The notes: generated from the sequence alone by a model not told the origin. Positions 30,251 to 39,380 are shown, counted from the first letter of the stretch. The stretch: 64,000 nucleotides of DNA from an uncultured Candidatus Rokubacteria bacterium (GCA_963762145.1 CAVXJS010000011.1:384001-448000); one strand, 5' to 3'. Program-made: numbers and translations.

Positions 30251-31232
30251 TCAGTAGGACAGAGTCTCTCGGCAGGCGTCGACGAGCCGGGCCAGGTCGG
30301 GCAGGTTCGCGCGCTCGCGGGCGAATCCCACGAAGGGCACGTCATGGGCCGTCACCCGGCGGATCGGCGCCTCCAGCGACAGGAAGGCGCCCTCCATGAT
30401 GCTGGTCGCGATCTCGGCGCCGGGGCCGAAGCTCTTCGGCGCCTCGTGGACCACGACCGCGCGGCCCGTCTTCTGCACCGAGGCGGTCAACGTCTCGCGG
30501 TCCAGCGGCGAGATCGTGAGCAGGTCCACGATCTCGATCTCGGCCCCGTCCTCCTCCTTCAGGCGGTCGGCCGCCTCCCGGGCCATGCGGACCATGGCGC
30601 CGTAGGCGACCAGCGTGAGGTCCGTGCCGGCCCGGTCCACGTGGGCCCGCCCGATCTCCATGGTCTCGATCTCGTCCGGCACATCCTCCTTGGCCGCGTG
30701 GTAGAGCGCCTTGGCCTCGAAGAAGATCACCGGGTCGGGATCGCGGATCGCGGCGGCCAGCAGGGCCCGGGCATTGCGCGGACCCGAGGGGATCACCATC
30801 TTGAGCCCGGGGACGTGGGCGTAGAACTGCTCCTCGCTCTCCGAGTGATGCTCGAGGGCCCGCACCCCGCCGCCGAAGGGCATGCGCACCACCATCTGGC
30901 AGCCGAACCGCCCCTGGGTGCGCATGCGATAGCGCGCGACATGGTTCTCGATCTGATGGAAGCACTGGAAGGCGAAGCCCGAGAACTGGATCTCGCAGAC
31001 CGGCTTGAGGCCGTAGAGGGCCATGCCCACCGAGGCCCCGATGATGCCCGCCTCGGCGAGGGGGCTGTCCATCACCCGCGTACCGCCGAACTTGCGGTGG
31101 AGGTCCTCGGTGACGCGGAAGACGCCCGCCGTCCACCCCCACGTCCTCGCCGATCACGAGCACGTCCGGATCGCGCTCCATCTCCTGGAGCAGCGCCAGG
31201 TTCAGGGCCTTCACCATGTTCAGCTTGGCCAC
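30251..31232 (-). CDS. pdhB: 2-oxoacid (pyruvate) dehydrogenase E1 beta (frameshift near 31130)
   Basis: GEDVG, PLAEAGIIG, EIQF, HHSES. Confidence 0.85.
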
Positions 31233-32350
31233 GAGCGTCTCTGTCCTCTCATGGGTGGGCTGGGCGGGCCGGTCTCCGTTTGCGGCGCGCGGCCGAGCCG
31301 CGCCGCCATCTCGGCGCGCTGGACGGCGAGCGCGGCCGGCGGGTTGCCGTAGGCGTGATCGAACATGACGAGCGGATCCGGCGGCCCGGCCGCCTCGAAG
31401 GCGGCCACGTCGCGCGCGATCTCCGCGTCCACCGCCTCTTCCAGGCCGGGCTCCAGCAGGTTTCGCGACTCGAGATAGGCGCGGAAGCGGGTGAGCGGAT
31501 CCTTCCGCTCCCACGCCTCCACCTCCTCGGCCGAGCGGTACTTGGTGGGATCGTCGGAGGTGGTGTGCACGCCCAGGCGATAGGTGACGCATTCGATGAG
31601 GGTCGGGCCGTCGCCGCGGCGCGCCCGCTCGACCGCCTCGCGGCTGGCCGCGTACACCGCGAGCACGTCGTTGCCGTCCACCTGGAGACCCGGGAAGCCG
31701 TAGGCCAGCGCCTTCTGGGCGATCGTCCGCGAGTGGGTCTGCTTCTTGAGCGGAATCGAGATCGCCCACTGGTTGTTCTGCACGATGAAGACCACCGGCA
31801 CGTGCCACACGCCGGCGAAGTTCATGGCCTCGTGGAAGTCGCCCTCGGAGGTGGCCCCGTCGCCGCAGTACGCCATCACCACCGCGTCGTCCCCGCGGTA
31901 CTGCGCGGCGTAGGCCAGGCCCACCGCGTGCGGGACCTGGGTGGCGACCGGGATGCAGATCGGGAGGTCGAGCTGATCGGGCTCGGGCCGTCCGCCCTCG
32001 AGATAGCCCGAGAAGAAGAGCAGGAGCTTCTCCATGGACCAGCCGCGCCAGAGCATGGAGGCGGTCTCGCGGAAGGACGGGACCATCCAGTCCGTCCGGC
32101 GCAGGGCGGCGACGCTCGCCACCTGGGTCGCCTCCTGGCCCTTGATGGGCGCGAAGGTGCCGATGCGCCCCTGGCGCTGCAGTCGCAGCATGCGCTCGTC
32201 GAAGCGCCGGGCCAGCAGCATGGCGCGGTAGAGGCGCTTGAGCTCGTCCGGGGGGATCTGAGGATCGAGGGCGGAGTCCAGGTTGCCGTCACTGTCCAGG
32301 ACGGACAGGTGCTCGATCGTGAACTGCGGCTCGATGACGGTTCTGGGCAT
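31220..32350 (-). CDS. pdhA: Pyruvate dehydrogenase E1 alpha
   Basis: GQEA, TPP motif GDGATSEGDFHEAMN...NNQWAIS, HTTSDDP. Confidence 0.88.
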   Translation of the reverse strand: MPRTVIEPQFTIEHLSVLDSDGNLDSALDPQIPPDELKRLYRAMLLARRFDERMLRLQRQGRIGTFAPIKGQEATQVASVAALRRTDWMVPSFRETASMLWRGWSMEKLLLFFSGYLEGGRPEPDQLDLPICIPVATQVPHAVGLAYAAQYRGDDAVVMAYCGDGATSEGDFHEAMNFAGVWHVPVVFIVQNNQWAISIPLKKQTHSRTIAQKALAYGFPGLQVDGNDVLAVYAASREAVERARRGDGPTLIECVTYRLGVHTTSDDPTKYRSAEEVEAWERKDPLTRFRAYLESRNLLEPGLEEAVDAEIARDVAAFEAAGPPDPLVMFDHAYGNPPAALAVQRAEMAARLGRAPQTETGPPSPPMRGQRRSWPS

Positions 32351-32406
32351 TGGCGGCCGGCCCGTTCCCACGCATTCTACCCCGGACCCGGGGTATTCTC
32401 TCCGCC

Positions 32407-33315
32407 ATGCGCGTCCGGGTTCGCGTGCCCGCCACCTCCGCCAACCTCGGGCCGGGCTTCGACGCGCTCGGCCTGGCCCTGGGCCTGTACAACGAGGTGG
32501 TCTTCGAGGAAGCCGACGGCATCACCGTGGCCGTGGAGGGCGAGGGCGCCGGGCGCCTCGACGACGGCGCCAAGAACGTGGTCGCGCGGGGGGTCGCGCT
32601 GGCCTTCGAGGTGGCGGGCCGGCCCTTCCGCGGCGCGCGCCTCCGCTGCGTCAATCATATCCCGCTGAGCCGCGGCCTGGGCTCGAGCGCGGCCGCGTGG
32701 GTCGGCGGCCTGGTCGCGGCCAATGCGGTGCTGGGCGAGCCGCTCGATCGCGAGGCGCTCGTGACGGCGGCGGCCCGGGCCGAGGGCCATCCCGACAACG
32801 TGGCCGCGGCGGTGCTGGGTGGGCTCACCGTGTCCTGCGCCGACGCCGCGCGCGTCACCGCGGTGAGCCTGCCCGTGCCGCCCGAGATCGCCTGGGTCGT
32901 GCTGCTGCCGGGCACCGAGAGCTCCACCCGGGAGGCGCGGGCGGTGCTCCCGGACTCGGTGCCGCGGGCCGACGCGGTCTTCAACGTGCAGCGGGTCAGT
33001 CTCCTGCTCGCCGCCCTCGGCGCGGGCCGCCCGGACCTGCTCGACCTCGCCATGCAGGATCGTCTGCACCAGCCGTATCGCCAGCGGCTCTTCCCGTGGA
33101 TGGAGGCGGTGGCCGCCGCGGGGCGGCAGGCGGGCGCGCTCGGCTGCGTCCTGAGCGGCGCGGGGCCGTCGATGCTCGCGGCGGTGCGCGGCCGCGGCGA
33201 CGCGGTGGCGCGCGCGATGGAGCGCGCGCTCCGGGAGGCCGGCATCGAGGGGCGGGCACTCGCTCTGCCGGTCGACGCGGCGGGCGCGACGTGGGAGAGG
33301 CTGTCCGAGACTTGA
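32407..33315 (+). CDS. thrB: Homoserine kinase
   Basis: [34 protein letters not shown]. Confidence 0.93.
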   Translation: MRVRVRVPATSANLGPGFDALGLALGLYNEVVFEEADGITVAVEGEGAGRLDDGAKNVVARGVALAFEVAGRPFRGARLRCVNHIPLSRGLGSSAAAWVGGLVAANAVLGEPLDREALVTAAARAEGHPDNVAAAVLGGLTVSCADAARVTAVSLPVPPEIAWVVLLPGTESSTREARAVLPDSVPRADAVFNVQRVSLLLAALGAGRPDLLDLAMQDRLHQPYRQRLFPWMEAVAAAGRQAGALGCVLSGAGPSMLAAVRGRGDAVARAMERALREAGIEGRALALPVDAAGATWERLSET

Positions 33316-33341
33316 CTCCCACTCGGAGCAGGCAGTACGAT
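33312..33341 (+). promoter_or_regulatory. Sigma70-like promoter of dcd
   Basis: TTGACT-18 nt-TACGAT. Confidence 0.45.
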
Positions 33342-33358
33342 CGGTTCGAGGTGTACCC

Positions 33359-33910
33359 GTGATCAAGAGCGACCGCTGGATTCGCCGGATGGCCGCCGAG
33401 AAGGGCATGATCAAGCCCTTCGAGGACCGGCAGGTGCGGAAGGGCGGGATCTCCTACGGGCTCTCCTCCTACGGCTACGACATCCGCATCGCGGATGAGT
33501 TCAAGATCTTCACGAACATCAACACCACGATCGTGGATCCCAAGAGCTTCGACCCGCGTTCCTTCGTTGACGTGCAGGGCGAGGTGGCGGTGATCCCGCC
33601 CAACTCGTTCGCGCTGGGGCGCTCGGTGGAGTATTTCAAGATCCCGCGCAACGTGTTGACGATCTGCGTGGGGAAGTCTACGTATGCGCGGTGCGGCATC
33701 ATCACGAACGTGACGCCGTTCGAGCCGGAGTGGGAGGGGTACGTGACGCTCGAGATCAGCAATACCACCCCGCTCCCGGCCAAGATCTACGCCAACGAGG
33801 GGATCGCGCAGGTCCTCTTCTTTGAATCGGACGAGGCCTGCGAGACGTCATATGCGGACAGGCAGGGGAAGTATCAGGGCCAGCAGGGAATCGTGCTGCC
33901 GACCGTCTAG
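33359..33910 (+). CDS. dcd: dCTP deaminase
   Basis: [31 protein letters not shown]. Confidence 0.93.
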   Translation: MIKSDRWIRRMAAEKGMIKPFEDRQVRKGGISYGLSSYGYDIRIADEFKIFTNINTTIVDPKSFDPRSFVDVQGEVAVIPPNSFALGRSVEYFKIPRNVLTICVGKSTYARCGIITNVTPFEPEWEGYVTLEISNTTPLPAKIYANEGIAQVLFFESDEACETSYADRQGKYQGQQGIVLPTV

Positions 33911-33956
33911 GCCCTGAACGCCGGCTCCGCGGATCGGAGCCAGGAGGTGACGTCCC

Positions 33957-34160
33957 ATGGCTGAGCAGAAGAAGAAGGAAACGAGGCCGACCAAGCCCGC
34001 CGAGGGTGGTGACGAGGGCGGCGCGGGAAGCGCGGAGCTGTCCAAGAAGGGCAAGAAGATCAAGGAGGAGCTGGACAACCTCCTGGACGAGATCGACGAT
34101 ATCCTCGAGGAGAATGCCGAGGAGTTCGTGAAGAGCTACGTCCAGCGCGGCGGACAGTAG
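33957..34160 (+). CDS. pup: Prokaryotic ubiquitin-like protein Pup
   Basis: C-terminus LLDEIDDILEENAEEFVKSYVQRGGQ matches the Pup consensus; AGGAGG RBS. Confidence 0.9.
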   Translation: MAEQKKKETRPTKPAEGGDEGGAGSAELSKKGKKIKEELDNLLDEIDDILEENAEEFVKSYVQRGGQ

Positions 34161-34196
34161 CCGCGGGCTGGACGGGAGAAAGATCGGAGCGGCCTC

Positions 34197-34412
34197 ATGC
34201 CCATCTACGAATACGCGTGCCTGGCCTGCGGGGCCGAGTTCGAGAAGCTCGTGCAACGCCTGGAGCCGGTGGTCTGCGCGTCGTGTGAGAGCGAGCGCGT
34301 CAGCCGGAGGCTCTCCCTGGTCGGCGTCAAGACCGGCGGACGCACGAGCGACGCGTCGTCCGCGCCCATGAGTGGGGGCGGCTGCTGCGGGGGTGGGTGC
34401 GGCTGCCGCTGA
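34197..34412 (+). CDS. FmdB-family zinc-ribbon protein
   Basis: MPIYEYACLACG...CASC; Gly/Cys-rich tail GGGCCGGGCGC. Confidence 0.85.
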   Translation: MPIYEYACLACGAEFEKLVQRLEPVVCASCESERVSRRLSLVGVKTGGRTSDASSAPMSGGGCCGGGCGCR

Positions 34413-34440
34413 GCCCGCGACCGAGCCGTCGCGACCGGCG

Positions 34441-34460
34441 AGGGGCCTTCGGGCCCCTTT
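34441..34460 (+). terminator. Intrinsic terminator-like hairpin
   Basis: AGGGGCC-TTCG-GGCCCCT followed by TT. Confidence 0.6.
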
Positions 34461-34497
34461 CGTGTCTGTGCGCCAGCTCGCGGCGAAGGGGCTCGGC

Positions 34498-34526
34498 TTT
34501 ACACGGTCACGGAGCGCTTCTATACT
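34498..34526 (+). promoter_or_regulatory. Sigma70-like promoter, probably leaderless, for LysR-selD
   Basis: TTTACA-17 nt-TATACT, 7 nt before GTG 34534. Confidence 0.6.
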
Positions 34527-34533
34527 CGGGCGC

Positions 34534-35427
34534 GTGGACCTACGCCAGCTCGAGATCTTCGTCAAGGTCGCCGAGCTCGGGTCGTTCTCCAAGGCGGCCG
34601 ATGCCCTCTTCCTGACGCAGCCCACGGTCTCGGAGCACATCAAGAGCCTCGAGGACGAGCTGGGCGTGCGCCTGCTGGACCGCCTCGGGCGCGGGGCGGC
34701 GGTGACCAAGGGCGGGGCCCTGCTGCAGGGCTACGCGCAGCGCCTCCTGGCGCTGTCGCGCGAGGCACGGCAGGCGATGGAGAGCTTCCAGGGACGCATG
34801 AGCGGCGAGCTCCTGGTGGGCGCCAGCACGATTCCCGGCGAGTACATCCTTCCCGCCCTGATCGGCCGGTTCAAGGAGAAATTCCCCGATATCGCGATCA
34901 CCCTGCTCATCGGCGGGAGTCAGGCGGTGACGGAGTGGGTGGCCGAGGGACGGGCCGAGGTGGGCGTCGTCGGGGCGCGCTCGAGCCACCGCGGCATCGA
35001 CTTCCGCGAGCTGCTGCCCGACGACATCGTCCTGATCGTGGGCGCGGCGCACCCCTGGCACGGGCGCAAGCAGGTCGTGCTGGAGGAGCTGCGCGCCGAG
35101 CCGCTCCTCCTCCGCGAGCGCGGCTCGGGCACGCGGGCGGCGTTCGAGGCCGCGCTCACCCAGGGCGGCACCGACATCGCGGCCTTCCGCGTGGTCGGGG
35201 AGATGGGCTCCACGCAAGCGATCAAGCAGGCGGTCAAGGCCGGGGTCGGCCTGTCGCTCGTGTCGCGGCGGGCGGTCGAGGAGGAGTGCCGGGCCGGCAG
35301 CCTCTGGTGCCTTCGCGTCAAGGATCTCAAGATCACCCGGGCCTTCTATCTCGCGACCCACCGGGAGCGCAGCCGCTCGCCGCTCGCGGAGGCCTTCCGC
35401 GCCTTCGTCGAGGCGGAAGCCGTCTGA
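34534..35427 (+). CDS. LysR regulator (CysL-like, selenium-metabolism-associated by context)
   Basis: LysR HTH SFSKAADALFLTQPTVS; GASTIPGEY, RERGSGTR; directly upstream of selD. Confidence 0.85.
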   Translation: MDLRQLEIFVKVAELGSFSKAADALFLTQPTVSEHIKSLEDELGVRLLDRLGRGAAVTKGGALLQGYAQRLLALSREARQAMESFQGRMSGELLVGASTIPGEYILPALIGRFKEKFPDIAITLLIGGSQAVTEWVAEGRAEVGVVGARSSHRGIDFRELLPDDIVLIVGAAHPWHGRKQVVLEELRAEPLLLRERGSGTRAAFEAALTQGGTDIAAFRVVGEMGSTQAIKQAVKAGVGLSLVSRRAVEEECRAGSLWCLRVKDLKITRAFYLATHRERSRSPLAEAFRAFVEAEAV

Positions 35428-35462
35428 CCGCCGCCCGTCGCGGCGTTCGCTCCTCCTCACGT

Positions 35463-36530
35463 ATGGAGCCGAGGCTGATCGATCCGAAGACCGGCAAGGA
35501 GATCCGTCTCACCGCCTACGCGGCCTGCGCGGGCTGAGCGTCGAAGATGGGTCCTGGAGATCTCCAGGACGTGCTCGGGGACCTGCGCGACGAGGAGCAC
35601 GCCGACCTGCTGGTGGGGCTCGGCCGGAGCGACGACGCCGCCGTCTATCGCGTGACCGACGACGTGGCCATCGTCGAGACGGTGGACTTCTTCCCGCCCA
35701 TCGTGGACGATCCCTATCTCTTCGGGGCGATCGCGGCCGCGAACTCGATGTCCGACGTGTACGCGATGGGCGGGCAGGTGCTGTTCGCGCTCAACGTGGC
35801 GGGCTTCCCGCGCGAGCTGCCCAAGGACATCATCGCCGCCGTCTTCCGCGGGGGCGCCGACAAGGTGCGTGAGGCGGGCGGCGTCATCGCGGGCGGGCAC
35901 ACCGTCGTGGACGCGGAGCCCAAGTACGGGCTCTGCGTGACCGGCCGGGTGGACCCGCAACGCATCCTGATCAAGGGCGGGCTCCGCCCGGGTCAGCGGG
36001 TGTTCCTCTCGAAGCCGCTCGGCACCGGGGTGATCGCGACCGCGGCCAAGAGCGACCGGTGCGAGCCCGCCGTGCTCGACGGCGCGGTGCAGAGCATGCT
36101 GCGGCTCAACCGCGTGGCCGCGCTCGCGGCGCTGGAAGCGGGGGCGACCGGGGCCACCGACATCACCGGCTTCGGGCTCCTCGGCCACGCCAGCGAGATG
36201 GTCGCCGCCTCCGGCGCAGGTCTGGTCCTTCGGAGCGCCGACCTGCCGCTCTTGCCGGGTGCGCGCGCGCTCGCGGACCTCGGAACCTTCAGCGGCGGCA
36301 TGGGCCGCAACCGCCGCTACCTGGAAGACGAGTTCGGACGGCTCCGCATCGACCCGGCGGTTCCGGACGCGCTCGTCAAGCTGCTCTGCGAGTCGGAGAC
36401 CTCCGGTGGTCTTCTCTTCGCCGTCGATCCAGCACGCGCCGTCACCGTGCACGAGGCATTCGCGCGCGCCGGCGAGCCCGTCTGGGAGATCGGTGAGGTA
36501 ACCGCCGAGCTGCCCCTCGCGCTGATCTAG
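35463..36530 (+). CDS. selD: Selenophosphate synthetase, Sec-containing (TGA 35535-35537)
   Basis: IRLTAYAACAG*ASKMGP (U-x-x-K) in frame with ORF 35547..36530; DDAAV, TVDFF, SDVYAMGG, TDITGFGLLGH. Confidence 0.92.
35551..35570 (+). promoter_or_regulatory. Putative SECIS hairpin of selD
   Basis: GTCCTGGA-GATC-TCCAGGAC; loop G at +22. Confidence 0.7.
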
Positions 36531-36554
36531 GCACCGGCGGCAAGATCAACCGCT

Positions 36555-36605
36555 TCGAGCGCGGGCTTCGCCCGCGCAACCTGCTTCTGGGGGGAGGTTC
36601 GGAAG
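36555..36605. repeat. REP-like element, left part (split by the IS)
   Basis: GCGCGGGC-TTC-GCCCGCGC hairpin, then GGGGGGAGGTTCGGAAG, which rejoins 37733-37754 into a second hairpin. Confidence 0.65.
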
Positions 36606-36620
36606 CGACTGTCTTGCCGG

Positions 36621-37553
36621 TCAAGCGGGTTGCCATGGGCGGCGGTCCCGGAGCATGGCGTTGAGGATCGTGAGCAACTTGCGCATGGCCGCGATGACGG
36701 CGACCTTCTTGGGGCGCCCCGCGGCCGTGAGCCGCCGGTAGACCTCCCGGATCACCGGGTTGTGGTGAATCGCCACGATGGTGGGCATGTACAGCGCGCG
36801 GCGGACGGCGGCCCGGCCCCCGCCGATCATGCGCCGCCCCCGCCAGCGGCCGCTGTCGCGATTCCACGGCGCCAGGCCGACGAGCGCGGCAATCCGACGC
36901 CGATCCAGCCGACCCAGTTCCGGGAGGTCGGCGATCAGCGCGTGCGCGGTGAGGGCGCCAATCCCGGGCGCCGAGGTCAGCAGATCCTCCGTCTCCCGCC
37001 ACACGGAGCTCGTGCGAATGAGCCGGGCGATCGCCGCGTCGACCTCCGCGATCGCCCGCGTGAGCCACGTGACGTGCGCCCGGATGCGCTGTTGCAGCCC
37101 GCGGACCCGCGCTTGGCGATGCCGGTTCTGCTCGGCCCCCAGCATATCGACGAGCTGGCGCCGCCGGGCCACGAGTTCCCCCAGCCCCTGCGCCTGCTCC
37201 GTGGCCAGCGGCCGCGCCGCCGGCTGCACCAACTCCGCAAAGCGCGCATTGGCCCGCGCATCGAGCCGATCCGTCTTCGCCAGCTGCCCCGTGGCCAGCG
37301 CAAACTGCCGGACCTGCCGGGGATTGACCACCGCCACCGGTAACCCGGCGTGCGCCAGCGCGGCGGCGACGGCGCTCTCATACCCGCCGGTCGCTTCCAG
37401 CACAATCAGCGTCGGCCGCAGGTCGACCAGCCGGTGCACCAGCGTGGCCACCCCCGCCTCTTCGTACGCCACCGCGAACTCCTCATCCGTGGGGCGTACA
37501 TGCACGTCCAGCCGATCCTTCGAGACATCCAGCCCCACGAAGATCCGTTCCAT
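36621..37553 (-). CDS. IS110-family DEDD recombinase, 310 aa
   Basis: VGLDVSK, LEATGGYE, KTDRLDA (RuvC-like DEDD); C-terminal Tnp domain with RDSG serine. Confidence 0.93.
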   Translation of the reverse strand: MERIFVGLDVSKDRLDVHVRPTDEEFAVAYEEAGVATLVHRLVDLRPTLIVLEATGGYESAVAAALAHAGLPVAVVNPRQVRQFALATGQLAKTDRLDARANARFAELVQPAARPLATEQAQGLGELVARRRQLVDMLGAEQNRHRQARVRGLQQRIRAHVTWLTRAIAEVDAAIARLIRTSSVWRETEDLLTSAPGIGALTAHALIADLPELGRLDRRRIAALVGLAPWNRDSGRWRGRRMIGGGRAAVRRALYMPTIVAIHHNPVIREVYRRLTAAGRPKKVAVIAAMRKLLTILNAMLRDRRPWQPA

Positions 37554-37719
37554 GTCCCGTCCTTGTCGATGCGGGCTCGCCGAGCGGCCCAAGCGACTGT
37601 TCGGGTTCACGGCACGTGAAGCGGCAGGCAGGGCCCCAGGCTTCCGAACGGTCTTGGCCGACCCAGGGGGGCGCGGGCTCCCGCCCGCCTTCACTCCGGC
37701 TACGCTATCCGCCGGAGTT
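37554..37719 (-). ncRNA. Predicted bridge RNA
   Basis: 5' hairpin 37693-37718; guides in canonical order: LTG 37674-37665, RTG 37649-37641, LDG 37600-37591, RDG 37566-37562, each matching the insertion junctions. Confidence 0.85.
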
Positions 37720-37732
37720 CCTAAGATACAAG

Positions 37733-37754
37733 GGGGGCGCAGCCCCCCTCCGAG
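37733..37754. repeat. REP-like element, right part
   Basis: GGGGGCGCAGCCCCCCTCCGAG completes the target hairpin. Confidence 0.65.
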
Positions 37755-38018
37755 CTATCTACTCGCGTCGGAGCGCTTCAGGAACGCGATCAGCTTCTGG
37801 CGGAGCTCGGCGGGGAGATTCGTCTCGGGGTGCTCACGAAGACGTCGGGCGGCGTTGACGGTACCTTTGTAAGTGTTGACGAAGGCCACGCACGGCGGGC
37901 AGCCGTCGAGATGCCACTCGAGCTGCGCGGTTTCCTCTTGAGGGAGCGACCCGTCGATGTAGTCGGCGAGCAGCTCGACACACTCCGGGCACCCGATCTC
38001 GCGCGACGCTCCGTCCAT
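37755..38018 (-). CDS. zf-HC2 (anti-sigma-like) zinc-finger protein
   Basis: C...LADYIDGSL...HLDGCPPC (HxxxCxxC). Confidence 0.8.
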   Translation of the reverse strand: MDGASREIGCPECVELLADYIDGSLPQEETAQLEWHLDGCPPCVAFVNTYKGTVNAARRLREHPETNLPAELRQKLIAFLKRSDASR

Positions 38019-38150
38019 CCGCTCCCCCTCGCCGGTGAGGCGATGACCTTGTGTAGCGAAACCTTAACACAGGGCCGGCCCGGAGCAAGTCCGTCTTTGC
38101 TTTCGCGTCAATTGCCTTGCCGCGCGGCGCCGGTGTAGGCTCTCGAAGCC

Positions 38151-39197
38151 ATGGCCGCCCGGGTGGCTGTCCTTGCGCCGTTCGCTTCGCCGTCGGTGCG
38201 TGGGAACGCCATCACGGTGGATCGCATCACGCGCGGCCTCCGGCAGCGCGGCGTCGAAATACGGGTGTGGGATCTCTCGGTGGTGCCCGAAGGGGCGATC
38301 GAGCACCAGGTCGGCCAGTACGGACCCGCGGTCATCCACGCGTTCCACGCCTTGCGTACCGGCCCCACCGCGGTGCGGCTGGCGCGCCAGGTGGGCGTCC
38401 CGCTGCTGGTGACGGCCACGGGCACCGACGTGAACCACGACCTCTTCGACGAGGATGGCGCGCCGATCGTCCAGCGGGTGCTGGAGGGGGCGGGGGCGGT
38501 GAGCGTCTTCGACGAGTCCATGGTCGCCCGCATCATGGAGGCGCTGCCCGCGACGGCGGGCCGGCTCGTGGTGATCCCGCAAAGCGCCGTGTTCGAGATG
38601 CCGCCGTCCGGCCACTGGCCGCCCATCGCCGCGCTCCAGCGGCGGCCCGGCCCAATCATCCTGTTTCCGGCGGGCATCCGGAGGGTGAAGCGGCCCATGT
38701 TCCCGCTCGAGCCGCTCGAAGGCCTGCGCGACCGGTATCCGACGCTCGACCTCGTCTACGTGGGACCCATCATCGACGCAGCGGAAGGCGAGGCCTTACG
38801 CCGGCTGCTGAGCGCGTATCCGTGGGCGGAGTACCTGGGGGCGGTGCCGCACCATCGAATGCCCGCCCTCTTCGACCTGGCGGACGTGGTGCTCAACTGC
38901 TCGATCGCCGAGGGCGGGATGGCCAACGCGATCGTCGAGGCGCTCGCGCTCGGCCGGGCGGTGCTCGCCGCCGACATCGCGGGCAACCGATCGCTCGTCG
39001 AGGACGGGGTGACCGGCTTCCTGTTCGGCTCGACGGAGGAGTTCGCCGTGAAGGCCGACCGCCTGCTGCAGGATCCCGACCTCCGCGCGCGGCTCGGCGT
39101 GGCGGGGCGCGAGCGTGTCAGCGCGCGCTTCGGCGCCGATCGCGAGACCGACGGCTACCTCGCCGCGTACGCGCGACTGGCGCCCGGCTTCGCCTGA
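38151..39197 (+). CDS. GT4 glycosyltransferase, SenB/GPMC-system-like
   Basis: GNAIT, HAFHA, TGTD, IRRVKRP and SIAEGGMANAIVEA motifs. Confidence 0.8.
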   Translation: MAARVAVLAPFASPSVRGNAITVDRITRGLRQRGVEIRVWDLSVVPEGAIEHQVGQYGPAVIHAFHALRTGPTAVRLARQVGVPLLVTATGTDVNHDLFDEDGAPIVQRVLEGAGAVSVFDESMVARIMEALPATAGRLVVIPQSAVFEMPPSGHWPPIAALQRRPGPIILFPAGIRRVKRPMFPLEPLEGLRDRYPTLDLVYVGPIIDAAEGEALRRLLSAYPWAEYLGAVPHHRMPALFDLADVVLNCSIAEGGMANAIVEALALGRAVLAADIAGNRSLVEDGVTGFLFGSTEEFAVKADRLLQDPDLRARLGVAGRERVSARFGADRETDGYLAAYARLAPGFA

Positions 39198-39351
39198 GCG
39201 CGCGGCACGGTCTATGCTGTCGCAACGAGTCAATCGGGCGCCGCGCGGTTGCCGAGCGCCTTTCGCGTGCGGTCCGGGGGTGTGGCGCGCGTCACGTTGA
39301 GTGGAATTCCGGCATCGCGCGTGACGAAGTGGTGAAAGAAGGGGCAGGTAG

Positions 39352-39380
39352 TTGACGGGGCTGGAACGCCCCCCTATGAT
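39352..39380 (+). promoter_or_regulatory. Sigma70-like promoter of the MoxR operon
   Basis: TTGACG-17 nt-TATGAT. Confidence 0.6.

Larger units (their letters stand above)
36604..37732 (-). mobile_element. Complete IS110-family (IS621-like) insertion sequence
   Basis: CT core at both junctions (plus-strand AG at 36604-36605 and 37731-37732); removing the element restores hairpin TCGGAAGGGGGGC-GCA-GCCCCCCTCCGA. Confidence 0.9.

Noticed and set aside
33957-34160. Calling the ubiquitin-like protein UBact
   Set aside because: The C-terminal EENAEEFVKSYVQRGGQ fits Pup better than UBact.
34410-34412. TGA after the Cys-rich tail of the FmdB protein as a possible Sec codon
   Set aside because: No redox motif or SECIS-type hairpin follows; a terminator-like hairpin lies just downstream.
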